Below, piece by piece: positions 1 through 12,200 of a stretch of 64,000 nucleotides of DNA. The DNA comes from Cenococcum geophilum (Eukaryota). The position numbers were made by a program, and so were the translations under genes. The notes beneath the pieces are model-generated. The model had not been told where the DNA came from, ran no database searches, and saw only the letters and a program-made list of their open reading frames with translations. Every line of letters begins with the position of its first letter. Positions within the stretch are counted from its first letter, which is position 1. Where the stretch lies: the NCBI GenBank assembly GCA_050273025.1, contig CP158635.1, positions 2,542,001 to 2,606,000 on the forward strand, in the 5' to 3' direction.

Positions 1-258
1 TATCAAGCTATAAGTATTTTTTAAAAAAAAAAATTTGACGTACTTCGGTGTTTTTTTGGTGTTTTTAGCCGTGCGTTGAGTGGGAACGTGCACGGCGGGG
101 GGCAAAACTTTAAACTCCGATTGTTTTGTTTTGAAACGACTTCAATCGCGTCTCTGCAAGGAACTTCTACAAAAGCCCCAAACCTTCCCTTGATAATACA
201 ATCGAGTGCCGACCGCGAATACGCCAATTGCTGGTGATAAAATACGACGATATCATTG

Positions 259-1052
259 ATGGATTTCAACGCTGCAACGCATGTCATGGATGGGCAACCA
301 GAGCCCACAAATGCGGAATTAGTCGAACAGTTTCAAGAGGTTATCGAACTCCAGGAGAAGCTGAGCAGAGAATTTACCACACATTTCATCGCAACGTATA
401 ATGATACCATTATTATTATTATTGTGGTTAGCAGCGCTAATAGCAGCCTAGGACTCGGAACATCGATGCTCTCATTTACAACAGTCGATTAGGTGAAACC
501 GATCGCATTCTCGAGATTGTAGACGACTTCACTGGTACACACTTTGGTAATTTCCCTGCAAGGCTGAAGGATATCCGAGCGTGGAATGGTAAGAATAGTG
601 GCTATATCTTTCTAGATTTAGACGAGTGCTAATTGCTAGAAGGCGTCGAGATTCACGACTTTATGATCTTTCTACGATGCCCTAATCCATTACCAAGGAC
701 AGATACATGCGAGGGAGAGACAAAGGAGCAGGCAATAGAGCAGATCAAGAAGAAGCTTGGCTTACCCCCCGCCGAGCCTCCAAAAGTAGCTAAGACCCTG
801 CCAGCCGACCATGTCAGTAATATCTCGTTCTGTCCTCTTCTTAAAGCTGATACCTTCCTATCAGATGGATAAGACCGTCTATAACATGGCTTCTGGTAAT
901 ATAGTAGGTTCGCCCTTCAATCTATCTATTTGATTTATCTACTTACACACATTTAGAAGTCAAGCAAACGAGCTAAGACTAGACCGTCCGGGCCCACAGG
1001 TATATCCTCTAGCCGCATTGCCAAGTCTGCCTCAAAACAGAGAGGAAAGTGA
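259..1052 (+). CDS. 5-exon gene, ~193 aa: N-terminal coiled coil, Mug135_C/DUF1773-like domain, basic tail
   Basis: Exons 259-395, 452-588, 640-812, 865-903 and 957-1052 join in frame (582 nt). Introns are 51-56 nt with GT..AG ends and CTAAT/CTGAT/CTTAC branch-like sites. The spliced protein contains RNIDALIYNSRLGETDRILEIVDDFTGTHFGNFPARLKDI...KEQAIEQIKKKLGL, which fits my recollection of the N.AR..NS....L.P....G....FP.T..DL......R...IGL pattern. Confidence 0.7.
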
Positions 1053-1467
1053 ACTTCTTCGAAGACATGGTGGAAACTCGTAATGCTAGTGCAGGTGTGG
1101 ATGCTAGAGGCGGTGTGGCATGCGTTATAACGGAATAATTCTTGGGGCGTCTTGTTTGTTGAACAAGGAGTGGTGAAGCCGTGAGGGGTGGTTATCTTTG
1201 TGTGTAGGAAATACAATTAGGTTGTTAAACTGCGCCTAGCTTAGATGTAATGATCTCGAGTCTGAACACGATAGCTCTTTAAATGCTAAGGTCGATGAGT
1301 CTAATGCTGAAGTCTTATCAACGCCGAGGTCGACTCACGACATTTGGGGCCGTCATTATAGCCAGTCGATAATATTCTATATTTCGGAGATTTCGATTGG
1401 CCCCGGCACTTTTAAACGAGATCTTCTCTATGAAACTACTTTGTCGGAAGCCCGATACTAAAATCTT

Positions 1468-3607
1468 TATAGCATTATATATTTTTTGGCTTAAGGGTTA
1501 GCGTTCTATATATAGCCTATATACTTAACCTTACTGAAGGCCTCTAGGATCGGAGAGACTATATACTATAGGTAAGTGCCTCCGGCACGTGACTGATGAC
1601 TATTTAAGGTGTCCCAAGGGCATTTTAAGGTAATAGCAATAATATCCCTTATATTCCCTCCCCTGTTTTTTATAGTCGGCCCCTAACTACTATTACCTTA
1701 TAGTAGAGGAAGATTATTTAAAGCTTGTCTTAGAAGGGGTTTAGAGAGCTATTAGCCTACTGCTATATATATTTTTAACTATCTAACCCCTATTTTAAAC
1801 TCCTAAAAAAAGCTTAGTAAAGAAAAACATAACTAAAGAAAATTACTACAATATATATTAGACGCCTACTAGAAATATACCGGTAACTATCTAGGTTAAC
1901 TTAAGGATTTTTATATAACTGTATATTTAAGGCTTTACGCTACTCTATAATTAATTAAATAATTTAATAGTTCTAGAATAGTTCTATAGAACCTTTAGTA
2001 CAGGATTTAGAGTATAGGGCCTTAGATTACCGCCGCTCCTAACCACTAATATTATCTATAATCTTTTTATAATCTTCTATAATACTAATATATTACTTCT
2101 ATATTTACCCTTAAGCTATTAAATATAGCTAAAGTATTAATTAGTTAGTTAAAGAGATTTATCTCCTAAGATTTAGTATATATACTTCTAAATCTAATAG
2201 TCTTATACTATATAGTTCGCGTAGCTCTACTACCTAATAAATAGAAAAAATACTTTATAATAGCACCTACAGCTATTATACGATTATTAAAACGTCTATA
2301 ACGTTATTCTTTAATACTATAATATTATTTATATATAATTTAACCCATTTACGTCTTTAACTAACACCTTAGTTACCTTCCCCTAGCGGTGTAGTAAGTT
2401 TTTATTAGGAATTTATAGCCTAATAGCTTGTCATCGTATTTTTTCCTTTTAAATCACTACTATAATAGAGTTATATTAGTAAGGTTATAGCTATATACTA
2501 AAAGGGTATTAGGAGGTAAATTATAAAGATGCCTTACTTATTAAACTTAATTCTTTTCCTTACTATTAATCTTTATCTAGCTTTATATTTTTCCTTAATA
2601 TTTTATTATACCTCTTAGGTCTTCTACTAATTACTTTTTTAAGCTAATATCTATTACGGGACACCCCCGTGACGCCTTATACACATCTACCTATTTTTAC
2701 GGACTTAGCAACCAGAGATTGACTACGAGATAGCAATCTGACGGCAATCTGCCGCATTCTGCTATATTCCGCCAAGTTCTACTAAATCCCGCCAAGTTCT
2801 GCCAGGACTACTACCTAAATCCTATTCTACTCTATATACGTTTTAACTAAGTAACTAAGCTAATAATATATACTCTTTTTTCCCGTTTTTCTACCTTATT
2901 TCCTTACGTAACGTTTTAACTTTATTACGCGGTTTGTGTGTATAGCTTAATAGTATCTACTTCGCTATATATTATCGCCGCTTATACTTATTCCGTGATA
3001 ATTTCTTAACGTATTTTAGCTCTACCCTTATAATTAAAACCTTAGCCTCTATTAACTCGTAACTAGTACTAGTTCTATTTAAATAACTTTATCTATACCT
3101 TCTTAAAAGACTAGAAGTCTAATAAAAAGATTATAAAAGCTTATAATAGGATTTACTATATATAATCTAATACCTTTGGTCCTTATAATTAGTATATATG
3201 TACTAAGAGTAGTAATTATATTAAGATAAGTTTTTCTATCCTTAGATAGTATTCTATTACTAACTTTAAGCTCTCTAATAGCCTAGGCCTAAGTAGCGGC
3301 ATATCTATTATAGAACATCCCTATAATACCTTATATATATCTACCTATTTCTATTATATAACTCCCGTTCTATACGCTATATTATATACGTAGCTAGCGT
3401 TATAGGATTCCCTTTATTGTTTATTGGTTTATTTATATCGTTTAGTAAATAGTTTATCCGCCTCTATGTCCCTATATAGATTTAGCCGCAGCTATATTCC
3501 TTTTAAGCTTTTTAATAAGCCGCTTAAGTCTCCACAACAGCTATATATAGCTATTAATTCTTTAAATCTAATATCTGTTTATCTAGCGTTCGTACATAAT
3601 ACTTTGT
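1468..3607 (-). mobile_element. 3' end of an LTR retrotransposon: 3' LTR ending ~1653, PPT, and a long 3' internal region
   Basis: LTR-like end ...atatcccttata is followed by ttccctcccctg (minus-strand polypurine tract). The left boundary is approximate. No recognisable integrase or chromodomain in the next ~1.6 kb. Confidence 0.5.
2652..3000 (+). mobile_element. Solo LTR of Gypsy family B
   Basis: Reverse complement of the LTRs at 9282-9617 and 14908-15247. Flanks ATATC / ATTTC match at 4 of 5 positions as a TSD. Confidence 0.85.
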
Positions 3608-5565
3608 TATTATAACAATTTCTACTAACTTAGTAGTAGAGGCCGATTATAAGACCATAATCTACTGCAATCTACCGCAATCTGCTGTTCTTTAATATAT
3701 TCTATTATACTCTATATATATTAACTAAGCAACTAAGTTAATAATATATACCCTTTCTTCCTACTTCCTTACTTTCTTCCCTTATATAACGTCTTAACTT
3801 TATTATATAGTTTATATATATAGCTTAATAATATCCTTTTTTTCTTCAATCCATTGTATTATACTACGTATAATACTGCGCATGCAGCCTCTAGGCTATG
3901 GCGCTATAGTTTTATATATATAAATCCTCTCTAGGTAGCTTAATATATACTAATAGCTATATCTTAATAGTTTATAAACCCTTAGGGTTTATAGCTCTCT
4001 AGTGAAGTACTAAATTGCTATAACTATTAGGTAGTAAAAGGAAATAGTAAAAAAGACTTAATAAAAGAAGAAGAACCTAAGCGCCTATCCCTATCCTATT
4101 TTGGTTTAATTCTGTCCTTTTACTTACTAATATCTATTTACTAAAAGCCTAGTAGGAGTTACCTCATTCTAAAGATCCTACTGCTATTAGCCACTTTCTA
4201 GTAGCTATTCCTATACTCTATAAAAATAAAAAAAGCGCCTCTCTTCCTTTCTTTATATAAAATAACTTTTTTAAAGAGAGCGACGATCCTAGTTTCCTTT
4301 GCATCTCTTTTCTATCCTTTATATATAGGTTGCAGTCTAGTAGTAGGTGCTTAGGGGTTTGTAAAGCCTTATATTCCCTAAAGCATCTGCCTTTTTTTAT
4401 CTTTCCCTATTGTTTTAAAGAAGGATTTAAAGTAGCCTTTTCCTAGCTTTAGCTGAAAGAAAGCTAACTATAGCTTTTTAGGATATTTATTCTTAGGAGC
4501 TTTAAGAGAAAAGGAATAGCTTCCTTTATAGATCCTAGTGTAGTATTTTCCTTTATTTTTGTTCTGCTGCCAATTAGTTTTTTACTATTCTAATATTGTT
4601 TCTCTTGCTGCTCTCCCTATATAAGCTAAAGAAGTATAAGAAGATTGTATTTTTCTTCTAGAGAGGCCCTTTTTAGCTAGTTTATCTACTATTTCATTTC
4701 CGTAAAATTCCTAAATGGCTAGGAACCCAATAGAAGTTAATAGAGATATTCCTACTAACTAGATAGGAACAACTTTGTGTAATTTTAAAGACTAGTTTTT
4801 GCCCTCCTGTAAGAGAATTAAGCTATAATCTTTTAATAGCTGCTTGGCTATCTATATTAATAATATCTACTTTATTACCGCTTATACTTACTCCGCAATA
4901 CTATACTACGTTAAACTATACTCTATACCGCTCCGCCTAGTATATAAATAAAATAACCTATACGCCACGCTTACCAAACAAATAAAGAGCCTGTAAAAGG
5001 CTTTTATAGACGCCCTTACTTAATAAGAGACCTAATATTACGGGATAATCAAGTCCCTAAGAAAAGAGGTTAAAGAGATCCGTTAAAACCTACTATCTCT
5101 ATTAGTATTAACCTATAAGTACTAAGTAGAAGAAACGTGTCTAGAACTAGCTCCTTAACCCTAAATTTACTAATTTAGGCTTATATAAAAAAGCTAGCCT
5201 AATATCTTTCCAATCTTTCTGCCTATTCTAGTAAAAGAAAGAAGCTACGCTTCTTTTTTAACTGGCTTTAAAATAAGCTAAACGGTAATATTAATCGTTA
5301 CTCCACCCTTAATAGTTAGCTATAATATACTATAAGTCGCTTAAAAAGAGACGCCGTGGAAATTATATACCTGTTTTAACCAAACACTATAAAAGAGCTA
5401 GTCGCTATACTAGAAGTATCCTATAGTAACCCTAACTAAATTACTACGGTATAAAGGAAACTAAATAAGATAATATAAGGCTCTAAGAACCTCCTATTAC
5501 ATCTTACTAAGTTATACCACTACGCTAAAGAGACTAGATAGAATAATACACCTTAATTAATCGTC
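3608..5565 (+). mobile_element. 5' LTR and gag fragment of a Gypsy B-related element, split by a LINE and truncated by a DNA transposon
   Basis: LTR homology at ~3660-3835 resumes at 4868-4900 (...ctccgcaata). It is followed by leader and gag sequence matching the reverse complement of 14170-14907. Confidence 0.75.
3836..4856 (-). mobile_element. 5'-truncated Tad1-like LINE (RNase H end, Zn-knuckle, 3' UTR, A-rich tail)
   Basis: Minus strand reads DSQAAIKR...FYWVPSHLGI.GNEI.DKLAK and FFQLKLGKGYFKSF...C..LQTPKHLLLDC...GIATRKWL*. A T-rich tail lies at 3837-3846 and an 11-bp TSD TTAATAATATC at 3825-3835 / 4857-4867. Confidence 0.88.
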
Positions 5566-6608
5566 TATATTGGCAAAACATCATCTCCCATCAATGGCCT
5601 CAATGGTTAGTAGTTGACGCAATTGGCGCGTAGTTAAGGGCATTTAGCAACTCGACCAACTAGCCAATATCGTGTTTTTTTACGCGCAGCCTACGCGCGG
5701 CCTGCGCGCAATTTACGCAATTAGTAATTTAGTTTATTTACCTTTTTACTTATAAAATATTAAAAGTCTTTTAAGTCTTGTCTCGTTCTCAGACCTTTTT
5801 ACTAAGGCTTACCTTGCTAAGCCACTAGCCGCTTTTAGCAAGACCTTTATAAAAAGGTCTAGTATATAGTTTGGATTTTTATTAGTCCCGCGTAGAGTAT
5901 TTAGGCCTATATACACCTACTTTAAACTAAATTATCTTAACTTTTATAGCTCTCTAAGCTATTCCTAATGGCTAGAATTACTAAATTATACCTAGCGAAG
6001 AAGGCTATATTGACCAATTTGCCTAATTCTAATTTATTGTCTAATTGTCGCGTCTAACACCCCTAAGTTATAGCAGCCGCACCTCCCTTATAACTACCGC
6101 CGCCCTCTTTTTACTATAGCTAGAGTATCTAAACTAACGAGCTAGCTTTAAATAATAATTAAGGACTATAAGTCTTTTATTTAGAACTTAAAGGAGTTAA
6201 TTTAATATTAGAATAGCTATATAAGCACTACTAAAGCTTTATAACTTTTATTAAGTATTATATAACTACTTCCAACCCTTTTAATTACGATATACTAGAG
6301 TAATGTATAAATAGGCTATAGAAGGCAATATTTAAAGAGCTAAAAGTTAAGGAACAGCTTATAGTGAATAGTAATTGCTAGCTAGAAAGGCTTTATTAAG
6401 AACCTCTATATAAGTAGATAGAGTAAGAGTTAGAGGATCTTATACGCCTAAAAGAAAAGAACGGAGTTATTATTCCTAGTAAGCTTAGATGTTTTAACGC
6501 TAAAGAACCAGTTAAAAAGCTTAGGCTTAATATAATTACTGCTAATATATAGCGCCTTACTCTAACGCTATAGAGTTTCCTTAGAGCTTTAGTTTAGTAA
6601 AGGCCATA

Positions 6609-7006
6609 ACGTAGTCGGTGGGCTAGTGGCCCACGTAGGCTAGTGGCCCACTTTAAAACTTACTAAATTTATACCTTAATATCTTAACAACCACTTAATA
6701 ATAAATTCCAATAATTTAGATTTGGACTTTTATATACACTCTACAGCTTCTATTAAAGTTGCATAGTAATTAAGTTAGTAGTTTTTAAGATATTAAATTT
6801 CGGGGGCTAAAATAAGGCTAAATTACTATATCTTAAAAACTACGGAACTATTTACTATATAACTTTAATAAAAGCCATAAAGTATATATAAAAGTCTAAA
6901 TCTAAATTATTAAAATATATTATTAAGTGGTTATTAAGATATTAAAGTATAAATTTTCTAATTTTTGGTTAGGTTTTGAGGTGGGCCACTAGCCCGCGGA
7001 CTACGT
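6609..7006. mobile_element. Tc1/mariner-type foldback MITE, 398 bp
   Basis: TA|ACGTAGTC...GACTACGT|TA termini. The two halves are long imperfect inverted repeats. Confidence 0.85.
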
Positions 7007-7920
7007 TATACCAATTCTCGCGATATTACGCCTTACTATAATAAGATCTTTATAGTGTGCGTAATCCTAGCAAATATATAAGCCCCTTAAGCCGGCTTCT
7101 GGTTCTATACTACTTTAGGGATTTATTTATATATTTTATAGGTATTAAGTAAAGGTATATTACACTTCTTTATAAGTTAGGAGTTATAATATTATATACT
7201 AGCTTTACTAAAATATAAAAGGAGCTAGAGAAAGTTAGTAGAGTATATACTTCTATACTTAAGGGTTTAGATAAGATATCTCCGTTACTATAGGCAGAGG
7301 ATATAGTTAAGGTATCTTAGCTATAGATCGCGCACTTAAGACGTCTTAGTTACTGCTAGTATAATAAATAGTAACTTTCTTATAGTATATAATTAAGGTA
7401 ACTGCTTTAAAGAACTAGAACCAGCTAATAATTATATATAATAACTTTAACTAAAATAAAAAGGGTTTAATATAAGACTATATTAAACACTAATAAATAC
7501 TTCTCTGCTACTACTTCTAAACTTATACTTAATCCCAAGTTTCTATATAACGGTCTTTATATTTCTATACTTAAAACTATAGAATAGCTTACTTATAGCG
7601 CGATCTTTAATTATCCTAGTAATTAAGTAGACAGATATATAGAACAATACTAGTTATATTAGATTGCTAAGGCTATTACATATATAATACTAAAAGTTGA
7701 AGAGCTTAATATTGCCGCAGACTTCTAGCCTAATATACCTATTATTAATCGTCTCCTTCTATAAAAGCTATACTACTTTATATTAGGTCTAATTCTAGAC
7801 AATAAGGGCGCTTCAGAGGGCATGTATAGTGCTATTAGGAATTTATTTAGTGGTAATAACGGCGAATATAGGTTTTAAGAGGGCTAGCTAGGATAAGCTG
7901 CCTAAAACTCTTAAGAGTGT

Positions 7921-8043
7921 AATAAAGCCTTATAGAAAATACTACGGTAGATTTATTAATAGGCTAGGTATATAGGTAATATAATAAAGCCTTATAGTAG
8001 AAACTACGGTAGACTTATTAATGGGCTAGGTGTATAGGTAAAT
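7921..8043. repeat. Tandem duplication, 2 x ~62 bp
   Basis: aataaagccttatag...actacggtaga.ttattaat.ggctagg..tataggtaa occurs twice in tandem. Confidence 0.8.
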
Positions 8044-8574
8044 AGGAAGTTAATAATATAATAATAACTAATAGAGTAGTTACCTAATAGATTAACTCTA
8101 ATTATATTTTAAGATTTATTATAAAGAAGAGAACTATCTAGGTAGGGACTATAGTCCTTTAAATACACAATACTGCGCCTAAGAAATGTACTAAGTACGT
8201 TAGTACATTACGTTCCTATATTCCTACGTTTCTATATTCTAAACTTATTACGTAACTAACTACGTAACTTAGCTACCCCTTATCCTATAGTTTAACTAGT
8301 TCTAGCACCTCTTGTACTTTTACCACTAGTCCATTTATATCTCTCCTTAATAGTACCACTACTGCTAATATAAGGTCCGTAACACTATCCCCCTCCTTTT
8401 TATTTTTGTCCTTAAAAATATCTCTTATCTCTAAGTTATTTATTAAAGGTATAGCATTCCTATCTTTAATTTAATAACCTTTATTATTCCTAATGCCTTT
8501 TATTAGATCTTCTATATCTAATTATTGTAATTAGCTAATAACGTTAATTTTTTCACTTAGTAAAGTTATACTAT

Positions 8575-9186
8575 TCTATTTTTAGTACGCGGAAAAGAAG
8601 TTAGTATATGTTATAATTACGGCTCTATCTAGTTACTAACCTTCCTCCTATACTAAGTGTATATAAGCGAATATATAATTGTCTTATAATATTTAATCCG
8701 TTTCTAACGCTAAATATATACGTTTTACGATTTTATATAATTGTCTTATTCCTTATTTAATTTATCTTAGGGTCTTACGTATTAGTAGCAGCTAAAAGAC
8801 TAAAGAGTAAGCTAGCTAAGGCTCTTACTAAGGTTTAATATTACTCTAATAAAGCGTCTTAGGCCCTAAAAGCTTAACTAGATACTTATACTTAGTTATT
8901 TCGTTTAGTAAAAGCTTATAAGAAGGTGCGCTCTAAATAGTTACGTCTTATTAAGTAAGGTCTCTTTAAGCTTAAGGCTAAGGAGGCTAAAAAGGATTCT
9001 AATTAAGTTAAGGCGGAAACAGCTAATACGCTAGTGGTAGATCCCTTAAATAATCTGGTTTATTTATCGCCTTTAACTAATTCCTTTATCTTTAGCTCCT
9101 TCTTAATATTACCTAACTCATTCTCCTTTAATACTCCTATACCTTTTCTATAGCGTTTTTTAGGTTTTATAGTAGCTCCTAGGTAG
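8575..9186 (+). pseudogene. RIPped antisense accessory gene of Gypsy A: Cys cluster, coiled coil, acidic/Ser-Phe tail
   Basis: De-RIPped reading: ...VRGKEVSMC.NC.../SSCAEC..ANM.LSCDV.SVSDAEW, then an intron at 8716-8770 ending TAG, then SRVLAAAERLESELAEALAEVQ...ARLFRL.KA.KKVRSEQLRLIEQGLFELEAEEA...FSFDTP. There is one apparent frameshift or deletion in the Cys region. Confidence 0.6.
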
Positions 9187-9281
9187 TCTTATTATAGCCT
9201 ATTTACTTTATTTATACTCTATTTTATAATTAATGTCCTTATAATTAATAATCTTTAAAACTTACTATTTATCTTCCTTTT

Positions 9282-12200
9282 TATTACAGAGTAAGTATAA
9301 GCGACGATAATATATAGCAAGGTAGATATTATTAAGCTATATAAACTGTATAAGGAGATTAAGACGTTATGTAAGGAAAGAAGGTAGGAAAACGGGAAGA
9401 AAGGGTATATATTATTAACTTAGTTGTTTAGTTAATACGTATACGGAGTAGGATAGGATTTAGGATATAGTTCTAGTAGAACTTAGCAGAATTTAGTAAA
9501 AATTAGCAAAATATAGCAGATTCCCGTCAGATTACTATAAGTCGCGGCAAATTACGGTCTTGTAGATAGTAGAAGTAGGTAGGCGTGTATAAGGTATTAC
9601 GGAGATGTCCTATAACAGTACTCCCTCTTTAAACTCAAGCTTCTGTAAAATGGGGCTGTAGTAGTTCTAGGTGGAGTTTATAAAAGTCTTCTATAGCTTA
9701 TATAAGTTCTATAGAGTTAACGGGTTCCTATAAGGGCTTAGTAAAGCCTCTTTATTTTATAAGATATATATATTAGCGTTTCCGTTTATTATACTTAATA
9801 TTATTAATTCTTTGAATAAAGTACTCGTTTTTACTATTTACTTTAACTAGTAGGGGAGGGTCTTATATTTATCTAGGCAGGGCGTTTAATATAAGGGTAG
9901 TAGGGTGGAGAATTAACGTATAGAATACGGGGTGGATTTTAACCGTATTAGGGAGCTTTAGTTAGTAGGCGTAAGAGGAAATAACCTTATTAATCTTATA
10001 AGGGCTAGCGTTCTTCTAATTAAGTTTCTTAGTAGGTTATTTTATATTTAGGTTTCTTATATTTAGCTAAATAAAGTTACTAATTTAGTAGGCTGGTGCT
10101 AGGGTTTGTTTCTTATTCGCTGTGGCTTTATAGATAGATTGGGCCCATATTATTTTATTAGTAAGAAACTGTTATAGTTCCTCTATCTTCTTTATAAATT
10201 TATTTACTTTTATAACTTATAAGGCGTAATATATAGGGCAAGGAACATTCCTAAAAGGTTTAAAACCTATTTATAGGTGCTAGCTATAATTGGCTAGGAA
10301 TAGGGAGACCTTTATAGTTTCTGAGACGGAATTATTTATAGTAAACTTAGTAAATATATGCCAGTTAATTTAGTTATTTTATAAATATAACGTGTATATC
10401 TGGATATACTATTCTATTATAGCGTTTATACGTTCCGTTTAACTGTCTACTTCTAGGTAATATATAGTAAATAGTAGTGCTTTAATACGGAGTTAGGTAG
10501 TTAGTTTTTTCTAAAATATAGAGATAAACTAGCTGCCTCTATTAGAGATAATCGTTTTAGGGAGTCTATAGAGTTATTATATATAATCTAGGAATAGTTA
10601 GGCAATAGTAGGCGTTAATATATTAGGGCAGGCGATTAAGTGCCTTATCTTAGATAGTTAGTCTATAACTACTATAATATTTATATAGCCTTTACTTACG
10701 GGGAGGTCAACAATAAAGTTAATTAAGATATCCTTCTATCTTTAGTTTAGAACAGGTAGTGGCTTTAGGAGGCCGTTATACGTCTTATATAAAGCTTTAG
10801 CTCATTAGTAGATATAGTAGCTAGAGACGTATCTTCGTATTATATTATATATATTCGGCTAATAGTATCTTTATTAAAGCAGTTCTAGGGTTTTTCCTTA
10901 GCCTAGGTGGCTAGCTATTAGTAGATTATATATATATTTAAGGAGCTTAAGCTTAAGTTTGTTATGGTTAGGTATAATTAGGCGGTTTTAGTAATATAAG
11001 CAGTTTCTACAAGCTTTGCATTTACTTAAAGAAATCTTTTTAGAGCGTTTAATGCCATCTTATATTAGCTTAAGCGTCTCTTAAATAAACTTGTTATTTA
11101 GGTATTTGTTAACTATAATCTATTTAATTAATTAATTAGTTATTTTAAGGACATGTATTATAAAATCTTTAATAGGAGGGTTAAATAGTTTAGGGCGAAG
11201 TAGGGTCTAATTTTAGTAAGAGCGCGCTTCTTTTAGGGCTAGCGCGTCTTATAAGTATTAGGTTAGGGCGTTAGGCTTTTAACCTTAAATGCCCAGGCGG
11301 TATATAATTAAGAATTAGAAATAAGATAGATATTCTAACTAGCGGGCCTAATAATAACTTAGCTATTTTATAGTTGTAAAGTACTATAGGTTCTTATAGT
11401 CGCTAAGGACCTTAATTAAAAATTTGGCGCCTTTTAGTTTGGGTTGCCATTATTTAAAATATCTAATAATAGCTAATAATTCCTTATTATAGATCTTGTA
11501 GTTATATTTAGCTAGGCTTAGTTATTTTAAGAAGTATACTATAGGGTATAATACTCTATCCTCATTATATTGAGATAGGATGCCTTTAGTAACGTAGTTA
11601 GATAAGTTGGCTTTTATAACACTTATTTAGTTTAGGTTAAAGTGTTAAAGTATAAGCGTAGTAGTAAATATAACCTTTAGATAGGCAAAGGCCTTCTTAT
11701 ATTCCTTATTAAAGATAAAGACTTTATCCTTTTAGGTTAGAGCTATAAGAGGTAAAACTAGGGCGGAGAAGTTATTAATAAACTATTAGTAGAAATTAGC
11801 AAATTTTATAAATGCTCTTACGTCCTTAACGTTCTTAGGTTCTTACTAGTTTATAGTTACTTTAACTTTCTTTAGGTCTATTTATATACTATTTATAAAA
11901 ATAAAGAGTTTAAGGTATAGGACTTCCGTTTTATAAAACTTGTATTTATTTATATCTAATTATAGACTAGCTCCGTATAAGGTTTATAAAATAAGATTAA
12001 CATATTTCTAATATTGGGTTAGGTTATTACTATATATTAGGATGTTATTAATATAAGTAGTATAAAAGATGTCTAAGTAGAAACGTAGGGTATTATTTAT
12101 ATAATTTTAAAACAAGCTTAGAGCGTTTATAAGGCCAAAGTGTGTTACTAAGTACTTAAATAGTCTATATTGGGTATGAAATGCAGTAAGCCATTTATCT

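Noticed and set aside
3424..3615. Short ORFs in the AT-rich block (also 21560-21745, 25502-25750, 62597-62827)
   Set aside because: Chance stop-free stretches, mostly antisense to RIPped TE genes.
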